Shown here: one piece after another, positions 25,816 through 39,201 of the stretch
Position numbering within the stretch: the first letter of the stretch is position 1
Layout of the letters: the number at the start of each line of letters is the position of its first letter
Assembly (NCBI GenBank): GCA_025201805.1
Contig: MU619241.1
Location: 337,386-401,385, forward strand
Reading direction: 5' to 3'
Length of the DNA stretch: 64,000 nucleotides
From: Parasitella parasitica NRRL 2501
Lineage: Eukaryota > Fungi > Mucoromycota
The notes under the pieces: model-generated
The model's input: only the letters and a program-made list of their open reading frames with translations
Databases searched by the model: none
What the model was told of the DNA's origin: nothing
Made by a program: the position numbers and the translations under genes

Positions 25816-28800
25816 CCTCTCTCTTTGCTCCCCCGCCTCCATACCTCTCTTGTTTTTAGTATCGAAGTTGACGTTGGGGGTGGCGTTTGATCGCCTACGG
25901 AAGGCTAATTAGAGCACTCTCTCCTCCTTATTTGTTGTAAAACTTACTGTAAGGCTGATTACTCGACATGGACACTAAAATCTTTAGCGCTTCATGAGGC
26001 CTACTGTTCTCCATTTCCAGCTTGGCAAACATGTTGTACAGTACAGGGGCGTTTCTCTGCTCATTTTCAGGGAATGTACGATACATGGACAATGCAGTCA
26101 GATATACTTTGCGTGCCTACAATTTTCGGATGCAATGGACTTTGTTAGGAGACATCTCCTGACGACGATACAAAGACGACAAACCTCGTCAAGCCGACTG
26201 TGGCTTTTTTCCATTTGTGCATACGCATTCCATAGTGTCAGGCTATTCCTCTGATCTTTCAACAACGATTTTGCCAACTGACGACCCCTATTCAATTCAA
26301 GCGCTATTAGGCATTGCAGAATGGACATCTTGCATGTAGCTTACGATTTCTGACCACAGCTAGACTCGAAAGCGAGATAGCAGATGGTTAGATGCTCTGA
26401 TTTCTCTCTAGTCAGTAACTGCTGAAACACAGTTCTACTCAAGCGTTAACAACAGCGCACTTTATCAGCGTTTACAGACTTGCCTCGTAAACTTTTCATC
26501 AATGTCGCACCGGATATACTCTTTCCCCGCACATTTGAACCAATCTCCTGATTTAGCGAAAAGTTCATTTAATCCTACGGGAAACGAGCCTGGTATATAG
26601 TATGGATTCATCTCGGACGTTGTTTGCTCGGGATTCATAGGGACGCCGGATACGTACCACACCAAATGCTTTGTTCCGTTCTGATCAGCAGGCCAGAAAT
26701 TGTTCAATGGCATTTCGTTGTGCGTGAATGCATCTGTAAAGAAGTGAGTATTGGTGCCCACTTGAGGCGGTGTGTAGGGCAGCCCAATAAAGACAAATAT
26801 AGAGTATATCAAGCTCTGACGAGCATCGTTTGTTGTTGTGTTGAACAGAAACGGCTTGATGTCATCCGATAGAACGATGCGATATGGATCATCGTCTACG
26901 CTGTCATCCTCGGCCTGGCTCATACGCAAGGGCATGCGATTCTTTCGTTCGCTTTCCACTTCAGACGCAAGCCAATCCTTCAACGAAAAAACTTCATTTT
27001 CGTCATCGTCATTCACAGCAGACGGCTTGTCAAACACTGCATCGGGTACCTCTTCTCCGTTATCTGTGGCCCTGAAATACTCGTGCCAGCCAAGAGCGCC
27101 CTCCTCGCCAAACCGCAACACTTCACTGTCCCAGAATTCGACAAATGCTTTAGATTTTTCTTCGAGCTGCTGCTGCACACGCCCCGTATTAAAGTTGACA
27201 GGCTGATACAGGTTGAACTCCACCGCAGCTTGGATAATGGCAAATGCCTTTTCCTGGTATCCAGACTGCTTGATAAATAAGCATGCTCTCAGTAGAATGT
27301 AAACCATCAGCGACTCGATATCCTCGAGCTGCTCGTAATTACCCTCTTGGCTGCAGCTCTTGACTTGTCTTTTCAAAATCGACAAGGCATCCTCAAACAC
27401 CTGCACACACTGCGTGTATGAGAAACTGGCAAAATTTGTTTGGCGAAGGTTGATGTATTCAGCCCACAGACGGATAGAATCAGGATGCTGTTTGAGCATA
27501 GTGTCCCATTCTCTCAACAACTTTAGCGTCTCCCAAGTCTCTGCTCCACAGCGCAGATATTCATAGATCAGCTCTTCGTCAGTAGGGTTATGATCCAGCG
27601 CCTTTTCAAAAATGCTTAGTTTAACCTCGTTCAAGCTAGACTTATTGGTTTTGTTGGTTGCAGCAGACGGGTCTAGTCCTGCTGCCGCTTCATCTTGAAA
27701 GCGGATAAAATCCAACCACAGCTGTACATTTTCAGGGGTTTGGTCCAATTTTCGGTTGAAATCAATAGTTCGTTGACGAATTTGATCGTTGAAACTCTCG
27801 CCCTGCTCGTTCTCGTTCTCGTCGTCTTCGTCTTCTTCTCTGTCTTGGTCCGTTTTGCTGCGCTTCACTTTGTTTCCTTCCAGCGATCTATAATCGACTC
27901 CGCTGGCTGCATACGTTTCGCTGTCCATTGCGCTTTTACCGAGATTGTCGTCAAATGTGATTATGTTTGAATGCGATGCAAACGGATCTGTGATGTTCCT
28001 TTTGGGTTTGATGCGAGTTCTACCAAAGAAGAATGAGACCCTGCTCGTGTGAAAAAGGGCGTCAATAAAAAGCCTACCTTTTCAAGTTTTTGTCCAATTC
28101 CTTCCAAGCATAATTTGAATCGGTGTATCTCGAGGGCTTCTTTTCGGATTTATCGATAATAGTTACTTGGCCTGTTTTGATGACAGAGCTATCAATGCGC
28201 TTATTGAATGGCAGTCCAATTATCCTGCCTCCTCCTCGTCGCTTATACTCTGGTATTGTGTATACATGGCTTCCTCCGTATGTTAAATTATCGGCATCGC
28301 CTCTTTTGTCCATGACAAACGAAATGCCAGTGTTCAATGTGCCTGTGTGTGTGATTTCGGGCGATCGTTGTCGATGACGAGACGACTTCTGGACACGCAG
28401 TGTGAACAAAAAATGAGAACCCACATCTAACCCTGGTGATTTACAACATTTACCTCATGACGGCGTGAATGTCTGCTACTGCGATGTGAAGGTGATCGAG
28501 ATCTGTGTCTTTGGCTGCTACGGTGTGACGAAGGTGAGCGAGATCCATGGCGATGAGTGCCACTACTGCGGTGTGCTCGATGCTTGTCAGATGGTGGTGA
28601 TCGATCATGTCGAGATTTCTTTTTGTCTGCGGTTACCAGGCTTTAATTGAGATTCCTAGTATTGATATTGAGTCTAGTTTTACCTTGAGTGTTGAGTGCT
28701 AAAAAATCAGGAGCGCTTGAAAAGGAAGGAATAGGTATACCGGCATGGATGTTGGGAGCAGAATCAAACACTGGTGGTGCAAGGATACCTCGTGTCAATG

Positions 28801-28891
28801 CCTTGCGTAAACATTTGTAAGAGTCTATCTTTTTCTTTTGTTTTTTCAAAACATGATTCTGTTAATTTACCTTGCTTTTGTCCGAATTCAT
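24881..28891 (-). CDS. NRDE2: NRDE2/Nrl1-family nuclear RNA-processing factor (HAT-like repeats), multi-exon
   Basis: DKRGDADNLTYG, PENVQLWLDFIRFQD, QSGYQEKA, FWDSEVLRFGEEGALGW, DDDPYRIVLSDDI and C-terminal MEKEIRLR. The N-terminus is RS-rich. The start exon is inferred. Confidence 0.88.
25787..25824. repeat. (CT)n microsatellite in an NRDE2 intron
   Basis: Directly visible dinucleotide run. Confidence 0.9.
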
Positions 28892-29358
28892 CTTTTAAAA
28901 AATCCAAAAATCCAAAAATCCAATACTCCAAAAAGAGAAAGAAGTATCAACAACAAGGCAGACTTTTAAATACTCAAGGCTTTGGTGACTCGCTAATGGT
29001 TCCATCCACCAGTGCTCTCACTCGCATGAATCCGATGTATCGCTCTAAAATCAGTGCTGAAATTCCCTTCTTTTGATATTTAGCCATCTGGAGAGAGTAG
29101 TGAATGTGTAGGATTGAAGATTTCATTACTTTTTTCTCTTTTATTATCGAGTAGCAACGTTTCCGATGCTTTTAATTTGAGCCCACTTTTCTTTATTGAA
29201 AAAGATGCTCCTCATATGACAAAAGTTAAAGAAGAAGAAAAAAAAAAAGAGCAATCCAGTGAACGGTTGTTTTTGACTTGAATCAACTGCCACTGTGTTC
29301 TCATGCCAAGGAATTCAGCGCATAACAATAGCGACGTCGCTGAAAATCATAACCGATC

Positions 29359-29490
29359 GGTATATTGAGACCGACAGATATACTGAGTCGGAGGAAAATG
29401 ATAAGCGGCCGGTGTATTTAGGCTGGCAGATGTACTGAGTCGGCGAAAAATGATAGGCAACGGGTATATTTAGACTGACATTTACACCGA
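29359..29490. repeat. 52-bp tandem repeat, about 2.5 diverged copies
   Basis: Units start at 29359, 29411 and 29463 (GGTRTATTKAG...CAGATRTACTGAGTCGG...AAAATGATA). Confidence 0.9.
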
Positions 29491-30149
29491 TATGCTTCGA
29501 TCTTCAGACACCAGTCATAGTAGTCGAGGCCTTTTGCGGGAACGCATGTCTCAATAAAGAACAAGGTTGGGTTTGAGGACATGTTTTTTTGTCAGTATAT
29601 AGCGGTGCTAGGATGGTGTTGCGCCTGAGATCCAGCTTCTCGGGCATGCCTCAACTCTGCACGCACCAAGGCCATACTCTCTACTCAAGACTCTTCTCTC
29701 CTTCTCTGTCGGTTCATGATTATTCATCTTGCTGGCATTACATTTTGTTTCTGTGTGGTGCAAGCTTATTAATCCATTCCATAGTCTTGTACCTAGGCAA
29801 ATGTTGTGTATAGTTTAGATATTCCAGTTTTGTTTTCGGAAAAAAGTAGCCAGCAATATTGATCATATCGGCAATAGCGGCAACCCCCCCCCCCTGGATC
29901 ATTTCGCAAAACGATAGGAGAATGAGTGATTTGAAATGGCATGTAAATTATATTAATTTCACATTTATTCTTTTGAATTTATCCTTCTTACCACGTTTGA
30001 CTAGGAAAGATTTATCTTTCTCTGTCAAAATCTATACATATATATATACTTTTTTTTCTACAATTTATCACTGCTTTTTGGGAAGTGTTTGCTAATGCTA
30101 CTCCATCTTCAGCTAAGAGCTTGAATACATTGTTTTTCCCTGATTCTTT

Positions 30150-31700
30150 AAAGGTTTTGATTTGAAACCCTTGAATAATGTCCTCGATGTTGCGCCTGGT
30201 ACTGGTGTCAAATTTCCTGAAGGGAAAGGGGGGGGGGGCAAAGTGCTACTAAATGGCCTTGGCCTTGATACTGTTCCTAACGCTGGTCCTTTGAATGCTG
30301 GTCTTAATACTGAAGAGAATTTGATTAGAGAAACTATGGCTAATATCAAGGTGAGAAGGAGGGTGTGCTGGCGTTACTCGCCTAACACGGTTCTCGTCTT
30401 CACTATGGCGATAAAGGCCACCTAGCCCATTGTGGACTATTCATGTTGTTTCCAGCAAGCTGTGTATAACGCTGGTTTACGGGTGGGCAATCCTCATGGC
30501 TGGTCGGCTCGTGGCTTCGTTGATCCTACCTGAGCAAACAGCGGTGCGTATTACTCTGGTTTGCGAGCAGGGCATTGAGTCCTGGACTGTGGATCGTATT
30601 ACACAAGTTTCTAGGAATGTGTTGGGTGATGATAACACCTTTTATGCTCATGTTACGACATTGTTGCCTGGAGTGGTTGTCTCGGGCATGGAGGTAAATG
30701 ATGCAGATGGTGGGTCTCGCCGTGGCAAATCTTCTCCTGGCTAGTGGAAAAGGCCGGAAAAGAGAGGTGGACAGAAGAGATTCCATTGTGAGCAACATGG
30801 TCCGAATGAGTCGCATGCTACCAAGAATTGTCAACTTCTCAAGTTTCAGAGAGCTAGGGCTGCGGGCAAATGCGTAAGATATTGGCAACATGTTGAGAAA
30901 GGCTATTTGTGTTATGGTGACAGACCTCCTGAAGTTGGTCCGTCTGCTACTGGGTTGAGTAATCGTGAGGTTTTTGCGACTAGTGTGGTACCAGTTCCTA
31001 AGGCTCAGGCACCAACTAAGGACCTGGTGGAGATTCACGCTGAGGGCGAGGATTTTCTCATGGGAGAATTAAACTTCGATTATAAGTTACAAAGTGTTGT
31101 GGAGAAAATGGTGCTGAGACTAATTTCTTTGCGTTGTTGACAACATTGTCGATTTGTGTGAGGCTTGGTCGAGATGTGAAAGCTGCTAGGAAAGTGGACA
31201 CTGGCTCACAAGTTGGTTGCATCAGTGTTGATTTTTTGATGAATAAATTGAGTATTACCCGAGTGCAAAGAGTTGAGGGCCATTTAAATTTCTTGCCAAG
31301 GTCTGTCAGAAAGAGTTGCGATGACACTTCCTTTAAAATTTAGATATGCCAACGGCATCGTATTTGTACATGCATCTGAGGTAGTTAATTTCGAAAATTA
31401 TCTGGATTTTGATCTGTTGGTAGGACTGGATGTGTTACCAAAGACGGATTTTGGGTTAACGAGTCTGGGCGTTTCGCATTGATAGTGAACATATCCATTT
31501 GGATGCAGCAATTAACGACCAGGACATGTTTAACACCATCAATTTAAACTTTGGCGACAATGATTTGGAGGCGGACAGTGCTCCGGCAGGAAGAGCCGAG
31601 GAATGCAGTGAGTTTGTGAGTTATTTTAAAGACTCTGTAAAAAAAAATGAGTTGGTACTTGTAGCGCCACATTGTCTATTGTGGAAAAGCAGACAATGGA
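30150..31700 (+). mobile_element. Degenerate Ty3/gypsy-type LTR retrotransposon gag-protease fragment
   Basis: Knuckle-like CEQHGPNESHATKNC at about 30787-30831, aspartyl protease KVDTGSQVGCIS at about 31197, and FDLLVGLDVLP at about 31408. Many stops and frameshifts; no RT seen. Confidence 0.75.
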
Positions 31701-32911
31701 GTGGTTGAGTACTGAGTCAACCTTATATTGTGTCAAAAAGTAATGAAGCAGTATAATACATTACATTAATGTGTTTCTTACGATTATCCTACTCAATTGT
31801 TAATAATTCCTCTGTCAAATTCTTCGATCATATCATAATCGTCTTTATGGTAACTAGGTTTTTTTTTTCACTTTTCTCAGGAATGGGACACCATTCATTT
31901 TTGAAGTCTGATGAAAACTGAAGAGGACAGTAGACATTAACGCTAGATATATGATTCTGCCTGGAGTCTCCTTCTATTTGTATAGAATATAAGCGAGCCC
32001 GCAAATGCAGGTTGATGTCTCGTTAAATGGCATCATTACGAAATAGCCTCCATATTAGCGAAGATACTTATGAGTCATTATAAGTCTAGGATGCATAGCA
32101 TAATGGATGTAGTTTTAGATAATAAAAGATCGATACCACATTACTGTGTAACTTTAATATGACAGTAACTTCAACTTTATCAAGTTCCCTGTCTTTATTT
32201 TCTTGAATTATCTCATTCTCAAGTACATGAAGGATTTTATCCAATATTTAAGTAATTCCAATATACTGGGTAACTTGACCTCACACAAACGTCCAAAAAA
32301 TTCTAGGAAGCACTAAAAGGAGATCTGGTTAAAAATGAGTTACTTCCACCATAGGAGATACGCCATCTCCGATGTCGTATCAAGGTACACTGACTTCTAA
32401 CTATAGCACATTTTGATTCCAATGAGTCATGTGAATGTTTGAAAAATACTAATAATTATCATTTGAAAATTTCAAAAATCAAAATTATAAACTGCTATAA
32501 ACGAATAATTATACCAATTTTGAAAACAGAGATAACAGGACAGAAAAGAGAAGGATAAGATTCCGAGAGTGAAATGGGATAATTTGTACATTTATTATTG
32601 TGATTTATAACCATATGATAGATAGACCAAAATTGGATTGAATTGCCTAATGTAGCATTTTTGTTTGAAGGAAGGACATTTCGATAATCGTGCGAAAACG
32701 AGTAAACTACTGTGCGAAATGACATTTATTTGCATTGATTGGCTACCGCCGCCATCTTTGTATTTCCATTGGTGCTATACAATGCCTCTTGCCCTGTTAC
32801 ATTTGATAGCTCGCTTATTGAAATCCATGTACATTATAAATAAACCTCGTTGATTTATGGCCTTCCTAGTTTTTCTCTAATTTTTCTTTGTTAATAAACA
32901 ACAAATTGACT

Positions 32912-35136
32912 ATGCAGGACGTAACAATTCCTCCTCCTTCTCCTCCTCCTCCTCCCTCAGACTACAAAGATGAAAAATTTGAATATGACATCAACTCTAT
33001 CCATGATCAAGTCATTGTAGAAGATGCCCATCATCTTCCTATCGAAGAATATCAGTTCACATGGCGTGCAACTATTGTAGGGTCTCTCTTGGGCTGTTTA
33101 GTTGGTAAAAATTGACATAATGGATGTCATTGTGCTTTCAATACTAATGCCTTGCATAGCCGCATCAAATACTTATCTTGGTTTAAAAATTGGTTGGACC
33201 TTTGGTGCATCTCTTTTTGGTGCTATTTTCTCGTTTGCCATCATTAAGCCCATCTCCAGGATTCTGCCTCCCAAGTGGGGTGGTGGTTATTTTGGCCCCA
33301 AAGAGAACTGCACTGCTCAATCTGCCGCAACTACCGCAGGTGGCCTTTCCGCCGGTTTCGTATCTGGTATTCCTGCAATGTATAAATTAGGCTTGATGAC
33401 TACACCCAAAGAGGATGCTGCCGCCCTAGTTCGTAAGTTGAAATTTTTCACTGGATTTGATCCATACCATTAAATATTATATACGTCGGTGATACATAGT
33501 CTTCACAATTGCCTCCGCCTTCTACGGCCTCTTCTTTGCAGTTCCTCTTCGTAATCATTTCGTTGTCAAGCAGGACTTGACTTTTCCTACTCCTCGTGCT
33601 GCTGCTGTCACCATTATCTCTCTTCATGATTCAGTCGAAGGCGAAAAAGAAGCAATGAAGAAGGCCATGTGGATGGGTATCTGGTTTTTCATCTCCTTCA
33701 TTTGGAGTCTGATCTCTTACTGGGTTCCTTTCTTCGACACTATTCACATTCTTTGGTGGATTGGCCACGATGCCGGTTACATTCCTTTGCAAAGCGCTGA
33801 TGCTACTTGGGGCTGGAATTTCAAGTGGGATTTCCCTTTCTTTGGCGCTGGTTTGATGACTCCCGGCGCTACTGTCAATACCTTCTTCTTCTCCACCTTG
33901 TTGGTCTACGGCATCATTGGCCCTTGTCTGGTTCACACTGGTTACTTTGTTCAAGCTATGGGTATCACCTCCAAGGGCGCTACTACGCAGTCCTTCTTCT
34001 TGTGGCCTGGCATTGCCCTCATGGTCCTGACTTCATTTGCTGAGCTTTTCGTACGTTACGACACTCTTTGGCGCGGCATCAAGGGCGGCGTAGTTGGTCT
34101 TTATAATGGCTGCATTAATGCTTTTCTCTTGTTCAAAACGCACATCTTGAAAAGGGATTTGGACGAAAGAGAGTTGAATAAACTGAACCCTAAGCTGGAT
34201 GATGAGGAAATCTTTAGTCAAAAGGAATTAGTCCCCGCCTGGTGGTGGATTCTCGGTGTCTTTGTCTCAATCATCTTCACCTGTGCCATTATGGGCGAAT
34301 ACTTTGGTATGCCCGTATATCAGTCTATCGTGGCCGTCATCCTCGGGTTCATCCTCTCGTTTGTGGGTGTCCAAGCTGCTGGTGAAACTGACATCAATCC
34401 CACTGGCTCCATCGGTAAAATGTCTCAATTAATTTTTGCCGGCATGCCCGGTGATAACATCAACCAAGTTCGCAAGAACAACCTGATGGCCGGTAACATT
34501 TCTGCTTCTGCTGCTGCCCAAGCCGTTGACATGGTGGGCGATCTCAAGACAGGTCAGCTGGTGGGCGCTTCTCCCAGATCTCAATTCTGGGCTCAGTTTG
34601 TCGCCTCCTTCTTTGCTGTTGGTATTGCTGTTGGCCTCTTCATTCTGTTTGCTGAAGCCTATCCATGCGTCACAAGCACTGATCTTGATATCGATTGTGA
34701 ATTTGGCTTGGTTGCTGTTACTGCTTGGTATAACGTTACATTGTTGTTGACTGGTGGCGGTGAAAAGCTCACCAGAGAATCAATCATTTTGACTGGTGTT
34801 GCTGCCGGTGTTGGCCTGGCTGCTCCTTTTGTGCGCGAGTTCTTGGTTCCCAAAAAGTACCACCGTTACTTCCCCTCTGTTTCCGCTATTGGTATTGCCA
34901 TGATCAACACTAGCCCAGAAGTGCCTTTATCCATGTTTATTGGCTGGGTTGCTGGCAAGATTTGGAAGCGCGTTGATGCTGTAGCATATGACAAATACAT
35001 GTACAGTACTGCAGGTGGCATGATTGCTGGTCAAGGTATTTCTGCTCTTCTTCAAGCTGTATTTAAATTGAGTAATGTTGCTCCCTACCCATACACTGGC
35101 TCTTGTATTGAAGGTCTCCTTGAAAACTGCCCTTAA
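32912..35136 (+). CDS. OPT superfamily oligopeptide / YSL-like transporter
   Basis: QFTWRATIVG, SNTYLGLKIGW, FGPKENCTAQSAAT, LTFPTP, GETDINP, DLKTG and AGGMIAGQG. Two introns. Confidence 0.92.
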
Positions 35137-36554
35137 TATCAATTGTACGCGCCGTGTATAACATTTAATCGCATCAAAAGCCTCCACGAATTACTGTAAC
35201 TCTAAAATAATATAAATACCATTAATATAAACATCTCTTATATATGCACCTGCAATAAATAAAATAAAAAAATACTGCATTTATCTCAAAATACCATCTG
35301 GTTATGTTGGACTATGTCGTGCATGGCCGAGAATACCATTTTTATCTCATATTTTTAATTCAACTTTCCCAACCCTGTGGCGTAAACCAATCGTTATCAG
35401 TGGTAAGCAGATTGATTACTTAATATCCTTGACTAAACCAGAGATAATACTATTATAGTCAACAATGTACGCACGCTTGCTCTGGTTGCCGCTGCTGTTT
35501 GATTTATAAAGATTTGAGCTTTGACCCAACCGTATAATATATGGGGGGGGGTTTTCTTTGGAAATTGTTTTATCATTATAGAAATTTATTCACCATGCCC
35601 ATAGCTAGCGTCCTAACTGTCTATCAGGATTAATAAGAATGATGGTACAGCTTACATGATCTCACACGGTATTCCTTTTGGAACCAATCGAGTTTATGGT
35701 AGCAGTATGAGTCTTTGGGTTAGTAACAATTAAGACTCCTGGTCAATGATTACGTATATGCAGAGTTCTTTTAAATGTAAAATAGAGTCTTGAGCTGGTA
35801 AAAGGTGATTTGGAAAACAATATGATAAAATCTTTCTATCCGATCTTGTGCATTCGAACGCAAAAATGAATTTTTTATTGCAAACGCCATGGCTATCTGT
35901 GAGATACTACAAGTCTTGTTTATATTCAAACTTATTTGCTGCTCCATGCATCTTTAGAGATAATAGAACTATCAATTTCTTTTCTTCATGCACGCTTCAA
36001 AGATTGTATTCTTCGAAAGCATAGTTCAACATCTGAAGAGCTTTAAGAAAGATAGAGTATTGCTACGGAGAGTCTTCAAACAGGAACTATCTCAAACCTT
36101 ATTCTTTGGATTCATTTAGGCATATGATATACCGTGTAAAGCTGATTCTTGCATAAACGGCTGGTTATAAAAAGTAAGAAAAAGCTCGGCTCAAGCGGGG
36201 GAAATATCTGAGGAAGCTGTGTGTTCATGCCATTATGCAATGTTTAATGAATATGCAGTATATCTGATGTGTGCCAAAACATGTGTATATGATTTTACGT
36301 TACATGTGTACCTCATATTCAACTGTTCCATATAACATATGCGATATAAAAAGAGTGGACGATTTAGACTTGCAATTGATATGTGAAGTTATAAAATTTG
36401 CTTTGGCAGACATGAAAAAAAACAAAAAAAACATCAAATTTTATGTTATAATGGTTTAATAAAAAATCACGAGAAAGGGTCTCGATCATGGCTGTATGCA
36501 TACTATGTTACAAAAAGATAGATGCTGTACATTGCACAGCATACATTGAGCTGG

Positions 36555-36761
36555 CTACTTTGATGATCTTTCGCTTAGTCTTCTAACTAAACCACGTTCT
36601 TCTTTTACCAGGATAAATGTTTTTGGGTCGTTGAGTATCACTACACGAGAGAATGTGACACGGCGCTTCAATTCATGCCTGTCTTTGTTGATCAAAATAC
36701 CACCAGGAACTAAAGAATCAGAGTTTGAACGATATAAATGAGGCAAAATTTTTACTGTCAT
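36555..36761 (-). CDS. Putative 68-aa microprotein with RVxF motif
   Basis: ATG in AAA-ATG context, with TATAAAA about 45 nt upstream (36805-36811, minus strand). Contains GILINK and KRRVTF. Confidence 0.5.
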   Translation of the reverse strand: MTVKILPHLYRSNSDSLVPGGILINKDRHELKRRVTFSRVVILNDPKTFILVKEERGLVRRLSERSSK

Positions 36762-36990
36762 TTTAAAGAATGATAGGATATAAACAAGAGAAAAAGGGTC
36801 CCCTTTTTATAGTCGATTGATGGTTAAGATCATAATACTTAATTGACCCAAGTGACATGAGGATAAAGAGCCTGGGCCTGGGCTTTCAGATTATATTCAG
36901 GAACACAACTTGGTCATGTCTATCTTGTCGAATTAAGTTTATACCGGGCATGTTCCAATTTCAATACACATGATTACTCCTTGCAAAAAA

Positions 36991-36995
36991 ATCAG

Positions 36996-37035
<40 letters not shown>

Positions 37036-37061
37036 TTTGTTTTTTTTTTTTTTTTTTTTTT
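36991..37061. repeat. Interrupted poly(T) tract
   Basis: Directly visible. Confidence 0.9.
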
Positions 37062-37303
37062 ACTTGTGATGAATGATTACTACACATGTGTATTCATGAT
37101 CTTTTATAGATCAAAGAGCCCGTCTTAGCTACAAACATATACTTGATAAACTTCTGGTTGAGCACCTGAAATTCCTTATCCTCATTGTGTATCATTTTTC
37201 AACGAATTCCAAGACTTCCTTGGAAAAGAAAAGCAGCAGGTAAACTTGATTAGACATCATTATCTCGTTGCAATATTTTAGTGTTTTATACAGGGTCTAG
37301 TTT

Positions 37304-38796
37304 TTATTTGGAAATATCATACGTGATCCCGACATGACGAAGGCGATCAATCAAATCAGTTTCCCAGAACGCAGCTGCCGGTGTCAATACACCGCTAGGA
37401 ACATAGCCTTGGCTCTTGTTGTTCAAAATAGCCATAGCGCACTGCAGCACAATACGAGGAGTGGCAATATAGCCAGATTCAGGTCCACGCACAACCACCT
37501 TGATTTTTCTGTTGGGAGGTACGTTATAATGAGGGTTCAATGCATGATCATAACCCTTGGATCGAAGAATGATTTCGAATGAACACTGTTCAAGCTGTGT
37601 TTCGGTAGGATGCTGTTTGGAGAACAAACCAGCAGAGAACAATTCCGGGAATCTCAGTAAAAGATTTCGGCCCCAAGGAGAACCAGCCAAGAAACCAAAG
37701 ATATAGCCGTAAATAGTATAAAGAATGACAGCCCAAAGAGACGGCAATAGCAAATAAGCAGCAAATTGGATGGGTGGAGGGAGCACAACGTCTGGCTTTT
37801 GCTTTTCAGGTTGAGCTAGTCCAGTAAGGAAAATTTGCTGAGAGAGACGTACGATGGAAGGATCAGCAAATACAAAGGGTACATGATAACCAAATTCTTC
37901 GTCTTTGTGAACACCCTTGTGAAACTGGAGTTTTTCACCTTGAGGGTAAGGAAGCTTTTTCAACGTAGAAGCCTTACGGATCTCTCTTAACAATTCAGCA
38001 GAGCCAAATCCATGGACTAGATGGTATGCATTTTAGCATCATATTATATGTGAAGGTTTTCTATCAAATGTTACCTGCAGATTCAAAAGTCGCATATCCA
38101 CCACGCATGCCAGCAGGACCAACGTGTAATTTCAAAAACATTTCAATGGATTCGGGGACCCATCCATGCTGAGTATACAGGTTTTTGGTGAATACAACGC
38201 CCATATCGGTAGGTACCTACACAAATGTTTTAGTCAATGCAACCTCGCTTCAGCTAGTAGACAAAAGCTTACGCTATCAAAACCGCAGGAATGCACAACG
38301 GTGACATGGTTAGCAGCCGCTTTATCCTGGTAAGTTCGCTGCATTCGCTCCACAAATTCAGGCTCGCCTATATATTATAGTTGTCAATTTCTATAGAAAC
38401 AAATGAGACAAATGCTTGCAATTTACCTGTTACATCAACATAATCACAGGAGTTTTCAACACACGAACGTACAACGTATTCGCCCATGAAACGGAATGGG
38501 CCGACGGCGTTGATGACAACTTTGGTCTGGCTTGTCATCTCGTCTACCTGTTCTCTTTGGGCCACATTAGCAACTAGAATAGTAGGGTTGTCAATAGTTG
38601 CATTAGGATATCTATTCGCCATTTCGTTTATAATTTGCTGGAGTTTCTCGGCACTTCTGCCAGCGATAGCCCACCGAAAATTTGGGGAATAAAAGTCTGG
38701 TTTGTCAACAGATAGCTCGAATACATGTCTAACAATTTGTTTCCCGGTCAAACCAGTGGCTCCGAAGATTGTGATATCAAATTGCTTGTTTGTCAT
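37304..38796 (-). CDS. Saccharopine dehydrogenase-like oxidoreductase (SCCPDH-like)
   Basis: IFGATGLTG Rossmann motif, WAIAGRS, NAVGPFRFMGE, YVDVTGE, HSCGFDS|VPTDMG, GPESGY and GVLTPA. Confidence 0.9.
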
Positions 38797-39201
38797 GTTT
38801 ATCTAAAGAAAAGTATCGAACAGCAAAGAAAAGAAAGCGCTTTATAAGAGCTTCAAACAGGAGAAAAAAAAAAGATTGTATTTGTAAACAACTAAACCCC
38901 GAGACAGTAAAGGATTAAGCCGCATATGATGAACATAAAAGGTAAATGTCGCGAACTGACTGACCTAGTTATACCATAGAGGGCCTGTCTTGAGGTTCCC
39001 CCACACCAAACATCTCTTCAGGCTGTCTGTTCAGTATGTTTGAGCCTACGAGCATAATAATAAAGCAACTTTATCATGGGATATATTTTAATTGCAAATG
39101 GTTTATTAAAACAAAAAAAAAGAGAGAGGCAATGTGTTGAATAATTGTATTGTTAATCTGTGTATACATGTTTGAACTTTTTTCTTTTCTTGGATGTTTA
39201 T

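Noticed and set aside
29359-29490. Regularly spaced repeats resembling a CRISPR array
   Set aside because: Whole units are homologous with no unique spacers, the context is eukaryotic, and there are no cas genes.
35600-36150. Minus-strand segment vaguely like retrotransposon gag
   Set aside because: Too many stops and no diagnostic motif; cannot be supported without a search.
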